A stretch of DNA of 57,978 nucleotides from Coriobacteriales bacterium (GTDB taxonomy: Bacteria; Actinomycetota; Coriobacteriia; Coriobacteriales; UBA8131), in the NCBI GenBank assembly GCA_031256715.1, contig JAIRQA010000128.1:1-57978 (forward strand). Reading direction: 5' to 3'. Within the stretch, counting starts at the first letter, position 1. The number at the start of each line of letters is the position of its first letter. Under the pieces are notes generated by a model that worked only from the letters and a program-made list of their open reading frames with translations, was not told the DNA's origin and made no database searches. This document shows, piece after piece, positions 20,432 to 29,939 of the stretch. The translations under genes and the position numbers were made by a program.

Positions 20432-21550
20432 CTAGATGCCCAAGTTAGTTCGCAAGTTAAGCCAAAGAACCCTTAAGACATCACGCAGCGGTTCAGAAAT
20501 TGCTATTATGCTAGCAACAACAAACAGTGTTGCTAAAAGCACCACCAGTACTTGCCAAGCTGGCGGAGCAGCGCGATATAGCTTGCTTACACCTTTGGCA
20601 TCTACCAATTTTGTACCAACTTTAAGACGCACAAGAAAAGATGATGCCATGCCGCTGCGTCCCTTATCAAGATATTCAACCAAGTTAGAGTGTGTTCCCA
20701 AAGCAACTATCAGCTCCGCTTTCTTCTCCCAAGCTAATAAAAGTGCCAAATCTTCGCTGGTTGCAGAAAGTGGCCAAGGTTCAGCTTGAATGCCAAGACC
20801 TTGCAAGCGCGGTAAAGAAGGGCAAGTGCCATCGGTGTAAGCGTGAGGGATAATCTCGGCACCGCAAAGCAAAGCGTCATCGGTAATAGAATCCATGTCG
20901 CCAATGATTATGTCTGGCTTTAAACCCATCTCTATCAGGGCATCAGCACCGCCGTCTACGGCAATTAAAATCGGTCGCATGTCATGTATATATGGGTTGA
21001 GCATCTTTAAATCAGCCTTGTAATCATAACCGCGAACCACAACTAAAGCCTGACGACCATGCATGTTTGTTTTTATTTCAGGAACGACGGGGTCAAAGAT
21101 TAAGGCTACGGCATCGGCATTTAGATGTTCAACTGTGTTTTTTACAAAGTCAGCCATCATTTTATCCATTGCGCGCTCGGCATGTTTAAGGTAATCTGCA
21201 ATAAGTTTGCCGGTAAGTAAAGTTCCTGTAGCGACAAGCTTAGAATTACAGAAAATCTTTGCGCCCTTAATACATATTTCTGCGCCGTCTTCTATGTTTG
21301 TAAAGACATCATCACCGCAATCGTCTATTAGCAATATTCCGGCTGCATTAATAATGCCAGGTCCAACATTAGGATAGCGCCCGCTAATAGATTTCGCCGC
21401 GTTGATTACAGCCTTTGGTGCTGTTGCAACTAATCCCTCTGCAGATATACGATCGATGTCAGCGTGATCGATGATAGCAATGCTACCTGCTGGTAATTGC
21501 CTTAAAAGATCCTTAGTCTTCTTGCCTTTGTATGCCTTGCCAACAATCAC
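20432..21550 (-). CDS. steA: SteA-like membrane-anchored protein (thiamine pyrophosphokinase-like fold)
   Basis: HADIDR, SGRYPNVGP, VVRGYDYKADL, VDGGADA, LVDAKGVSKLY, C-terminal TM; follows recN as in Actinobacteria. Confidence 0.8.
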   Translation of the reverse strand: MIVGKAYKGKKTKDLLRQLPAGSIAIIDHADIDRISAEGLVATAPKAVINAAKSISGRYPNVGPGIINAAGILLIDDCGDDVFTNIEDGAEICIKGAKIFCNSKLVATGTLLTGKLIADYLKHAERAMDKMMADFVKNTVEHLNADAVALIFDPVVPEIKTNMHGRQALVVVRGYDYKADLKMLNPYIHDMRPILIAVDGGADALIEMGLKPDIIIGDMDSITDDALLCGAEIIPHAYTDGTCPSLPRLQGLGIQAEPWPLSATSEDLALLLAWEKKAELIVALGTHSNLVEYLDKGRSGMASSFLVRLKVGTKLVDAKGVSKLYRAAPPAWQVLVVLLATLFVVASIIAISEPLRDVLRVLWLNLRTNLGI

Positions 21551-23313
21551 TTGAACTCACTAAGTAGTTTGCATGCATGCTCTCTTGAGAGCTTATCAAC
21601 ATTACCAGAGAGCATACGCGCGATCTCGTCTATACGTTCGTCTTCGCCTAATCTACTGATTTGTGTAAACGTCTCACCGTTAACTATGTTTTTAGATACA
21701 AGCCAATGATCGCTTGAGCGTATAGCAATTTGAGGCAGATGCGTGACAACTAAAACCTGATGCGACTTTGCAAGTTGAGCAAGGCGATTAGCAACAGCTA
21801 CGGCTGTAGCGCCACCTATGCCTGCATCAATCTCGTCAAAAACAAGTGTCATGCTGTCGCCTAACTGTGATTGTACGCCACAAGTTGCTTGTTCGTCATG
21901 AGCCAATTGCTCATCATGGGTTGCTTGCTTATCATGTGTCGCTTTTCCGTCGTGTGCCAATTGTTCGTCATGAGCCAATTGCTCATCATGGGTTGCTTGT
22001 TTATCATGGGACAAGCTCTTAAGCGCCAGCATAACACGAGACAGCTCACCACCACTGGCAATTTTTGATAGCGCTCGCGCCTCTATATTTGCTGCGGGAC
22101 TATAAAGAAATTCTATAGACTCAGAGCCATTTGCCGACCAATCTTCAAACTCTAATTCGCTTAAGGAAATCTTAATGCTTGCTCCCGCCATGGCAAGTTC
22201 TTGTAATGCCTCACTTAGCTCAGCGCTAAGCCGTTTGGCAGTCAGTTTGCGTATTTTGCTAAGTTCAGAAGCTGCTTGGCACAAGTCATTTTTAGCGGCA
22301 ATTACTAACTGGCTGTGGCTTTCTAAAATTTGCTCGTAATTGTCGCTTCGCTCTAAAACCTGCTGTGCATCCTGAAAACGCGTAAAAACATCATTTATGC
22401 CAGGTCCAAAGCGCTTGCGAAGACCGTCTAGGGCATGAAGACGCTCAAATGTTTCCTGAAGGTCTTCAGCATTAAACTCTTTGTCCTTAGCATAGTCGCG
22501 AATGCTTATGGCTATTTCTTGCACAAGTGCCTCTATGTCTGTAAGTTGTTGTGCTATAGGCAACACGGTAGCATCAATAGCGGCAAGTTGAGCTGTCGCT
22601 TGCACGGCCTCTGCCAACTTATCGCGCGCTCCATCTTCTGCGTTTAGGGAGTTTAAGGCACGTTGGGCGCAATCGGCTATAGTGGCACCATTTTGCATTA
22701 AAGGCAACTGTTTTTCTAGGTTCTCGTACTCCCCCTCTTGCGGCGAAACCGCACCAATCTCATGTATTAAAAATTCGGCACGCTCCCGCTTGTCTTGCAG
22801 GTCATCTGCCTCAGACTTTAAGACTTCTAAAGCTTGCTTCGCATTTTGAAACGCTATATAGCTATCTTTATAGTATGCTAGCGAATCCTTAAGATCTGTG
22901 TCACCAAAACTATCTAAAACTTTACGGTGCGATGCGGCTTTTAGCAATGATTGATGCTCATGTTGTCCATAAAGATCTATACTGGAACCTAAAAGTGAGG
23001 CTAGCTCGCCAACACTTGCCAACTGGCCATCAAGTTTGCAGCGCGATCGACCATCTGCGCTAAGTTTGCGTGAAACAATATGTTCGCAACTGTCATCGAT
23101 CCATGCAATTGCCTCTACCTGTGCATCCTGACAGCCGCTTCGCACCATTGTAGAATCACCGCGTTCGCCAATTAAAAGTTTCAATGCGCTTAAAAGCGCT
23201 GTCTTGCCAGCACCAGTTTCACCAGTAAAAACAATTAAACCAGGCTCAGGCTTAAGCTCTAAAATGGCGTCTTTTATTAACGCAAGATCTTTTACATGCA
23301 AAAATTCAATCAT
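21547..23313 (-). CDS. recN: DNA repair protein RecN
   Basis: TGETGAGKT, GQHEHQ, SGGELSR, VFDEIDAG, VTHLPQ, EIARML. Confidence 0.96.
   Translation of the reverse strand: MIEFLHVKDLALIKDAILELKPEPGLIVFTGETGAGKTALLSALKLLIGERGDSTMVRSGCQDAQVEAIAWIDDSCEHIVSRKLSADGRSRCKLDGQLASVGELASLLGSSIDLYGQHEHQSLLKAASHRKVLDSFGDTDLKDSLAYYKDSYIAFQNAKQALEVLKSEADDLQDKRERAEFLIHEIGAVSPQEGEYENLEKQLPLMQNGATIADCAQRALNSLNAEDGARDKLAEAVQATAQLAAIDATVLPIAQQLTDIEALVQEIAISIRDYAKDKEFNAEDLQETFERLHALDGLRKRFGPGINDVFTRFQDAQQVLERSDNYEQILESHSQLVIAAKNDLCQAASELSKIRKLTAKRLSAELSEALQELAMAGASIKISLSELEFEDWSANGSESIEFLYSPAANIEARALSKIASGGELSRVMLALKSLSHDKQATHDEQLAHDEQLAHDGKATHDKQATHDEQLAHDEQATCGVQSQLGDSMTLVFDEIDAGIGGATAVAVANRLAQLAKSHQVLVVTHLPQIAIRSSDHWLVSKNIVNGETFTQISRLGEDERIDEIARMLSGNVDKLSREHACKLLSEFK
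21883..22008 (-). repeat. 7 x 18-bp in-frame repeat (HD[EKG][QK][LA][AT]) inside RecN
   Basis: HDKQAT HDEQLA HDEQLA HDGKAT HDKQAT HDEQLA HDEQAT; 72-bp higher-order period. Confidence 0.95.
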
Positions 23314-23316
23314 AGT

Positions 23317-24189
23317 CTACCTTTTAAAAAAAGCATTTGCGGCACGTTCATAAAAGGCGGGTGCATCATAGCGCAAAAGCGTCAACTGTTCACTTGCCGG
23401 TAAAACTGTTATCCCTATGATCTCTGTCTGCAACTGCTCGTCTGTCGTATCTAGAGGGTATGCAGTTTGCCCATCAAGCCAAAGCATGATGCCTCTAGAG
23501 CTAACATCAGGCATTTGTACTTCGACACAGTCAAGCTGGCCGGTAACGATGCTTCGCGTATGCAAGCTGTGAGGGTTAAGAGGAACAACACATAAGCCAC
23601 GATGCGTTGGAGAAACTATCGGTCCGCCAGCAGAAAGAGCATAAGCAGTTGAGCCAGTGGCAGTAGCAACAATAAGACCATCGCCGCGAAAATCTAAAAT
23701 GGCGTCGCCATTAATTCCCAGCATTAGGCGGATTGCTCTTCCCTGATCTCCTCGTCCTACAACAAGCTCATTTAAAGCTAGCAGTTCGTCAGTTTTGCCA
23801 TTAGCATAACTAACTTTAGCTTTAAGTAAACAACGATTCTCGGCAACTATTTCGTTAGCTAAAAATGCCTCTAGTGCAACAAAAGCTAAGTCTGCACTTG
23901 TGCCCGTTAAAAAGCCCAGCTCGCCATAATTAATGCCAAGCAGTGGAACACCGCTAACGCCAATGGCATGTGCTGTTCTAAGTATTGTGCCATCGCCACC
24001 AAAACAACAAACTAGATCGAATTTTTGAATCTCTTGAGCCAAACCGGTTGCCCTAATATTGGTGCCAGTTAATTCGTTTGCTGTGGCAGTTTTGCTAGAT
24101 ATCCCCCGTTCATTTAACCACAGATTTACAGACTGCATGGCAGCATAAGCATCAGACTTAATTGAGTTGGCAACAAGAAAGACGTTCAC
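23317..24189 (-). CDS. nadK: NAD kinase
   Basis: GGDGT, GELGFL, LNE, DGLIVATATGSTAYALSAGGP. Confidence 0.95.
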   Translation of the reverse strand: MNVFLVANSIKSDAYAAMQSVNLWLNERGISSKTATANELTGTNIRATGLAQEIQKFDLVCCFGGDGTILRTAHAIGVSGVPLLGINYGELGFLTGTSADLAFVALEAFLANEIVAENRCLLKAKVSYANGKTDELLALNELVVGRGDQGRAIRLMLGINGDAILDFRGDGLIVATATGSTAYALSAGGPIVSPTHRGLCVVPLNPHSLHTRSIVTGQLDCVEVQMPDVSSRGIMLWLDGQTAYPLDTTDEQLQTEIIGITVLPASEQLTLLRYDAPAFYERAANAFFKR

Positions 24190-24203
24190 CTTAAGTGTCC
24201 TTA

Positions 24204-25127
24204 CTAACGATTATTAAATCTAGCATGCGCATCTAAAACAGTTGCGCTAACATCTATGTTAACATGATTTGCGGCTGTGTCTAGACCTTGAGTCTGTACA
24301 AATTGCATAAGAAAAAAGAATTCTATATTGCCCTTTGGACCGCGTAAATGTGAAACAGATAGCATTTTGGGCTGCCACCTGCTCTTTTGCGCTGCGTTAA
24401 GTACTTGACTTAATGCTTGTTCGTGCGCTTTAGCATCGATGATCACACCATCTTTAACCATCGATTTTGGCAATTCAAACTGAGGCTTACAAAGAGCTAT
24501 CAGAAAACTATCAAAATTATTACATGCGTCCACGTTATCTGCAGACACACCATGTTCTAAAGTTTCTGCAGACACACCGCGATTCACGACATCTGCGATC
24601 GCATCATGACCCAGATCACCGGCAAACTTCTGCAATATAGGCAACAAGCGTGAAAGTGGACTGAAGCTTACATCGGCAACTATCAAATTAAAGTGCGTAT
24701 TGCCTAGTTTAGAAAGTTCAATTTTAGAAATATTGCAACGTTCATATACACTAACACGCGCATCTTGTCGTAATTGCCAAGCAAGCTGACCATATGCAAC
24801 ATCTACAGCGGTAACATGCGCTGCGCCATGCTGCAAAAGGCAATCTGTAAAGCCTCCTGTAGAAGCACCAACATCTAAACAATTAAGACCTGAAACATCA
24901 AAATCAAAGTCAGACAAGGCACCTTCAAGTTTTATGCCACCACGAGAAACATATCTCTTCTCAACAATTACAGCTAAGTCGGCATCGGTTGCTATACGCA
25001 TTGCAGGGTGCTGTAAAACATCTGTACCACAGCGAACTTTTCCGGCATGTATTGCTCTACTGGCATCATCTATGCTAGCATAATAGCCTTTTTTAACCAA
25101 TAACTCGTCTAGCCGCAGCTTATTCAT
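24204..25127 (-). CDS. tlyA: TlyA family rRNA 2'-O-methyltransferase
   Basis: RLD, YVSRGGIKL, DVGASTGGFTD, DVSF, KPQFE, GNIEF; insertion with 27-bp period repeat at 24538-24578. Confidence 0.94.
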   Translation of the reverse strand: MNKLRLDELLVKKGYYASIDDASRAIHAGKVRCGTDVLQHPAMRIATDADLAVIVEKRYVSRGGIKLEGALSDFDFDVSGLNCLDVGASTGGFTDCLLQHGAAHVTAVDVAYGQLAWQLRQDARVSVYERCNISKIELSKLGNTHFNLIVADVSFSPLSRLLPILQKFAGDLGHDAIADVVNRGVSAETLEHGVSADNVDACNNFDSFLIALCKPQFELPKSMVKDGVIIDAKAHEQALSQVLNAAQKSRWQPKMLSVSHLRGPKGNIEFFFLMQFVQTQGLDTAANHVNIDVSATVLDAHARFNNR

Positions 25128-25133
25128 ATACGA

Positions 25134-27092
25134 TTATTTGCCTAACATCGTCTTAACGTCTGCAGCAATCACTTCTGGTGTAAGACCAAGGTGCTCAAAC
25201 AATGCCTCAACCTTGCCATGAACTGTAAAGCTGTCTGGCAAACCAAGCTGCATTAAGGGTGGCGTTTTTGTTTTAGTAGCCTTTTTATCTAATGGCGCAA
25301 ATCCTTTAGATACGATACCGGCAACAGAGCTACCAAATCCACCACTAACAGATCCATCTTCAAGGGTAACAACCAAGTCGGCTGAACAAGCGTGCTTAAT
25401 AGCGTCAACATCTAAAGGTTTTGCCCAAATCATGTTATATACCAAGGTACAAAAATGCTCATCGGCTAGCAGATCTGATACCTGCCTTGCCAAACTCACA
25501 AAGCGACCAATAGCAAGAATGGCTACATCGGGTTTAATCTGAGGAACCTCTGTATCTTTAGAATCTATAGTCCAGTTGCCAATGCGCACTAGCCTAGCCT
25601 TACCAAAAGGCAAAATCTTGGGACAGCGCTCTGTTGGAGCCTTTATCACTGTACCTCTTGGATAACGTACAGCAACAGGCCCACCGTTAAGCGCCAATGC
25701 CGTATGCAGACTATCGCGTAAATCGTCTGCTGATGCCGGAGCAAGAATACGCATACCTGGAATACTACTTAAGTAGGCAAGATCGAAGGCTCCGTTGTGA
25801 GTCTGCCCATCTTCGCCCACCAGACCTGCGCGATCGATAGCAAAAACAACATGCTGCTTTTGTTGAGCAACATCAATTAGCATTTGGTCGTAGGCACGCT
25901 GCAAAAACGTAGAATAGATTGCACAAACAGGCAGAAGTCCGCCTAATGCCATTCCTGCCGCAAATCCAACAGCATGCTCTTCGGCGATACCAACATCAAA
26001 AAAGCGCTGAGGAAACTCGCTGGAAAATTCTTTTAACCCTGTACCATCTGTCATCGCTGCTGTGATTGCAACAAGTTTAGAGTTTATGCGCGCCTCTTCG
26101 CAAAGAGCGTTAGCAAAAACTTGTGTATATGTTGGCAGCAAGTCAGAGTTGTCGCGCCGCACAAGCTCGCCAGTCTCGCCATTAAACGCACCTACGCCAT
26201 GAAAGACATCAGGCATTCTTTCTGCGGGAGCGTAGCCAGAACCTTTGCGCGTCACTGCATGTATAATTACCGGTCCAGAAACACTACGTGCTGCCGCAAG
26301 AGCATCTAACAATGCCGCAATGTTATGACCATCTATAGGTCCGATATACTTTATACCCATATCCTCAAAAAACATGCCTGGAACCAAAAGTTTTTTTACC
26401 GAACTTTTTGCCAGTTCACCAGCACCAACCAATACCCTGCCTAATTTTCCAACACGAGAAAGCCCACTTTCTAAAGTGTCACGAGTGTGAGTATACGGTT
26501 TTGAGGTTCGGATTTTGCCCAGATAAAGAGAAAGTGCGCCAACATTTCGTGAGATGCTCATCTCGTTGTCGTTAAGAACTATGTTTACATCTAGACATTC
26601 ATGACCAATGTGATTTAGAGCCTCAAATGCCATGCCGCCAGATAATGACGCATCACCTATAATGGCAACAATCTGCTCTGCCGTGCCCTTAAGGTCACGA
26701 GCCAGTGCCATGCCTGCCGCAATAGAAAGTGAATCAGATGCGTGACCAGCATCATAGGCATCATAGATGCTCTCGTCTCGACGTGGAAAACCACAAATAC
26801 CACCAAAGGTACGTAAAGTATCAAATCTGTTATTGCGCCCGGTAATTAGTTTGTGTGCATAGGACTGGTGCCCGACATCAAAAAGTAACCTGTCTGTACT
26901 AAAGTCAAAAAGCTTATGTAAAGCCAAGATAATCTCGATTGCACCCAAAGATGAAGCCAAATGCCCACCTGTAACAGAGGTCACTTGCACAAGTCGCTCC
27001 CGAATCTCGTGTGCAAGCACATTTAAAGCATCTGGAGTTAATGATGCAATATCAGATGGCTGATGGATGTTTTCTAGTATACTTGCTGTCAT
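25134..27092 (-). CDS. dxs: 1-deoxy-D-xylulose-5-phosphate synthase
   Basis: GGHLASSLG, DVGHQSYAHK, LNDNEMSI, DVGIAEEH, YSTFLQR, DRAG. Confidence 0.96.
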   Translation of the reverse strand: MTASILENIHQPSDIASLTPDALNVLAHEIRERLVQVTSVTGGHLASSLGAIEIILALHKLFDFSTDRLLFDVGHQSYAHKLITGRNNRFDTLRTFGGICGFPRRDESIYDAYDAGHASDSLSIAAGMALARDLKGTAEQIVAIIGDASLSGGMAFEALNHIGHECLDVNIVLNDNEMSISRNVGALSLYLGKIRTSKPYTHTRDTLESGLSRVGKLGRVLVGAGELAKSSVKKLLVPGMFFEDMGIKYIGPIDGHNIAALLDALAAARSVSGPVIIHAVTRKGSGYAPAERMPDVFHGVGAFNGETGELVRRDNSDLLPTYTQVFANALCEEARINSKLVAITAAMTDGTGLKEFSSEFPQRFFDVGIAEEHAVGFAAGMALGGLLPVCAIYSTFLQRAYDQMLIDVAQQKQHVVFAIDRAGLVGEDGQTHNGAFDLAYLSSIPGMRILAPASADDLRDSLHTALALNGGPVAVRYPRGTVIKAPTERCPKILPFGKARLVRIGNWTIDSKDTEVPQIKPDVAILAIGRFVSLARQVSDLLADEHFCTLVYNMIWAKPLDVDAIKHACSADLVVTLEDGSVSGGFGSSVAGIVSKGFAPLDKKATKTKTPPLMQLGLPDSFTVHGKVEALFEHLGLTPEVIAADVKTMLGK

Positions 27093-27109
27093 TAGAAATT
27101 AGTTTCAGA

Positions 27110-27535
27110 TTACTCGTCACACGAATTATTTAATGTGTCGTCATAAAAAGTATCGTTTTGTTCATTTTCGCTATCGTCTTCCATGTCTGAAGAAATATCA
27201 TCATTAGAAGCGCCACTTTGCCCTTCTTCTATAAAATCCGACTTTTCATCAGAAATATCATGTTGAGAAGTGCCAACCTCAACAGCGTTTGTCACGTCGC
27301 TGTTATCTTCTGTGGTGCCGCTTTTGCCTTCGTCATCATTTAACCAACCAACAGCTTCAAGCTCTTCAGCTGTAAAATCGGTGCGATCGATAAGCTCGAC
27401 ACAGCGACCGCCAAGTCGTAAGGCTTCCTCATAAAGCTCAAGGCTCTTCTCTAAAGAAAGATCTTTTTGACGTACTGATGTAACAATCTCTTCTAGCCTA
27501 TCCTTTAGGCGCGAATACGAATTCTGGTCATCCAT
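27110..27535 (-). CDS. xseB: Exodeoxyribonuclease VII small subunit with long acidic tail
   Basis: RLEEIV...LSLEKSLELYEE; position between nusB and dxs. Confidence 0.8.
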   Translation of the reverse strand: MDDQNSYSRLKDRLEEIVTSVRQKDLSLEKSLELYEEALRLGGRCVELIDRTDFTAEELEAVGWLNDDEGKSGTTEDNSDVTNAVEVGTSQHDISDEKSDFIEEGQSGASNDDISSDMEDDSENEQNDTFYDDTLNNSCDE

Positions 27536-27537
27536 TA

Positions 27538-28137
27538 TTAAACATCTACCTCGCTCTTTGCCGTAATACTTGACTTACCCGCGCTATCAGGCACGTCAGC
27601 GCTCGTGTTATCCGTTGCGGGATCTTGACTTATGGTAAATTCACCATCTAAAAATCTGTTGTACTCATCAGCGCTCGTGTTATCCGTTGCTTGTTGTTGC
27701 TTGGCATCATCAACAAGTTCCTTGGCAATTTTTCCCAAAACCCCATTAACAAACTTAGATGACAAATCGTCACCACCATAGTCTTTAGCAAGCTCAACTG
27801 CCTCATTTATAGTAACGCTAAAAGGAACATCCTCTACATAAATCATCTCGAAAACTGCCAAGCGCAAAATATTTAAATCGATCAGCGGCATACGCTCGAC
27901 ACTCCAATTTGCCGAAGTCTTAGCTATAAGATCATCTATCTCATGAAGGTTACATTCGGTGCCTAATGCTAGCATGCTAGTAAACTCACAAGGCAGCCCA
28001 ATTTCATCTTGAATATAGAGCTCTTTGTGAATAATCTCATGAATAGATAGCTCTGAAATCTGCGACTGATAAAGCATCTGCAACGCCTTACGGCGGGCAG
28101 CAGTGCGGGTCTGAAACATTTTTTGCTTATTTTTCAT
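27538..28137 (-). CDS. nusB: Transcription antitermination factor NusB with acidic C-terminal extension
   Basis: ARRKALQMLY, WSVERM, ILRLA, INEAVELAK, FVNGVL. Confidence 0.95.
   Translation of the reverse strand: MKNKQKMFQTRTAARRKALQMLYQSQISELSIHEIIHKELYIQDEIGLPCEFTSMLALGTECNLHEIDDLIAKTSANWSVERMPLIDLNILRLAVFEMIYVEDVPFSVTINEAVELAKDYGGDDLSSKFVNGVLGKIAKELVDDAKQQQATDNTSADEYNRFLDGEFTISQDPATDNTSADVPDSAGKSSITAKSEVDV
27596..27690. repeat. Perfect 23-bp direct repeat with 72-bp period in the nusB tail
   Basis: tcagcgctcgtgttatccgttgc at 27596 and 27668 (ATDNTSAD twice). Confidence 0.9.
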
Positions 28138-28169
28138 CTGTAAAGGAGCGTTTTCCGGTTATGATCTGC

Positions 28170-28550
28170 CTATGCAGCAAATTGCACGGCCTCTATAAAG
28201 ACATTTACCTCTGTCACGCTAATGTTTACCTGCGAGAGCAAAGCGTCAGTCACGCTGGCACGAATATTTGCCGCAACTTCGGGAAGCACAAAGCCATAAA
28301 AGACATGCACATGTACATCTACCTTTATGGTACCTTCCTCCTCATAGATAAAAATACCCGGATGGCTATTTTTTGTAAGGATTGCACGCAAAAACTTCTG
28401 TGGCGTAATTGTTGTGAGCGAACTGACACCCTCAACCTCAAGTACTGCCATGCTGGCAATAGTCTCTAAAACACCTGGTGCAATTGTTAGTTCGGTGTTA
28501 GCATATGCCTGCTCGTTTGCAATTATGTTCGTTTGATCATTTGTGCTCAT
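28170..28550 (-). CDS. Asp23/Gls24 family protein (YqhY-like)
   Basis: IAPGVLETIA, VEGV, EVAANIRASV, EVNVFI; conserved position between accC and nusB. Confidence 0.88.
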   Translation of the reverse strand: MSTNDQTNIIANEQAYANTELTIAPGVLETIASMAVLEVEGVSSLTTITPQKFLRAILTKNSHPGIFIYEEEGTIKVDVHVHVFYGFVLPEVAANIRASVTDALLSQVNISVTEVNVFIEAVQFAA

Positions 28551-28568
28551 TGAAGTCTCCTATGTCTC

Positions 28569-29939
28569 CTAAACACAACTAATGGGATAACGCTCAAGAA
28601 AATCGGTTTGCACATCGCCGCTAACGAAGGCAGGTATCTCTAGTAGCGCTCTATGAAAACCAATGGTAGTATGAATGCCACCAATAACAAACTCGTCTAA
28701 AGCACGCTTTGCTCTATTAATGGCAACATCGCGTGTCTCACCCCAAACTACAAGTTTAGCAACTAGCGAATCATATGTTGGTGGCACTGTATAACCGGTA
28801 TACAAATGTGTATCTACACGAACTCCAGGACCTCCAGGTAAACGCAGCTCTGTAATCGTACCAGGCGACGGCCAGAAGTTTTTAGCGGGATCTTCGGCGT
28901 TAATGCGAAACTCTATAGCGTGTCCCTTAGGCACAGCTGGTATATCAAGTGACTTATTCGCAATAAAGCTAATTGGCGCTCCCGCCGCAATTCGAATCTG
29001 CTCACAGATAATATCTGTAGACGTTATCTGTTCGGTTACGGGGTGTTCAACCTGAACGCGGGTGTTCATCTCCATAAAATAAAAATCACCGTTTTCATCA
29101 AGCAAAAACTCTACAGTGCCAGCATTTGTGTAACCTACTTCACGCACAGCCGCCAGAGCAGCTTTGCCCATACGTTCACGCAAATCAGAACTAAGTGCTG
29201 GTGAAGGCGCTTCTTCTAGTAGTTTTTGATGCCTTCTTTGAATAGAACAATCGCGCTCGCAAAGATGTACACTATTACCATGTGTGTCTGCAAGTACCTG
29301 AATTTCTACATGGCGAGGACGCAAAATAAGTTTTTCTAGATAAACCTCGCCGTTGCCAAATGCCGCAGTTGCTTCGGCACGAGCGGCATCAAAGGCTGCT
29401 TGCATCTCTTGTGGAGCATGCACCTCACGCATGCCGCGTCCGCCCCCGCCAGCGCTAGCTTTTATAAGAACCGGGTAACCAACTTCACTAGCAAAGCGTG
29501 AAGCTTCATCGGCAGACTTAATGGGGCCATCAGAACCTGGCACAGTTGGAACGCCAATGCGCATCATAGTCTCACGCGCCACACTTTTGTCGCCCATCAT
29601 CTCTATGGCTTCTGGTTCAGGACCAATCCAAACGAGGTCATTTTCTTTTACGGCTCGCACAAATGCAGCATTTTCTGCCAAAAAACCATAGCCGGGGTGT
29701 ATGGCTTGTGCTCCACGCGAAGTTGCAGCTCCAATGAGATTGGCAAAATTGAGGTATGATTGAGCAGATTGCGCAGGCCCTATGCATACTGCCTCATCGG
29801 CAAGTTGCACTGCCAAAGTGTTACGATCGATATCCGAGTAGACCACAAGGCTCAAAACGCCAAGGTCGCGACATGCACGAACAATACGCACTGCAACCTC
29901 GCCGCGGTTTGCTATGAGTATCTTATCAAACAGTGCCAC
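28569..29939 (-). CDS. accC: Biotin carboxylase subunit
   Basis: IANRGE, HPGYGFLAE, GGGGRGM, ERDCSIQRRHQK, EMNTRVQVEH, RINAED. Confidence 0.96.
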   Translation of the reverse strand: MALFDKILIANRGEVAVRIVRACRDLGVLSLVVYSDIDRNTLAVQLADEAVCIGPAQSAQSYLNFANLIGAATSRGAQAIHPGYGFLAENAAFVRAVKENDLVWIGPEPEAIEMMGDKSVARETMMRIGVPTVPGSDGPIKSADEASRFASEVGYPVLIKASAGGGGRGMREVHAPQEMQAAFDAARAEATAAFGNGEVYLEKLILRPRHVEIQVLADTHGNSVHLCERDCSIQRRHQKLLEEAPSPALSSDLRERMGKAALAAVREVGYTNAGTVEFLLDENGDFYFMEMNTRVQVEHPVTEQITSTDIICEQIRIAAGAPISFIANKSLDIPAVPKGHAIEFRINAEDPAKNFWPSPGTITELRLPGGPGVRVDTHLYTGYTVPPTYDSLVAKLVVWGETRDVAINRAKRALDEFVIGGIHTTIGFHRALLEIPAFVSGDVQTDFLERYPISCV

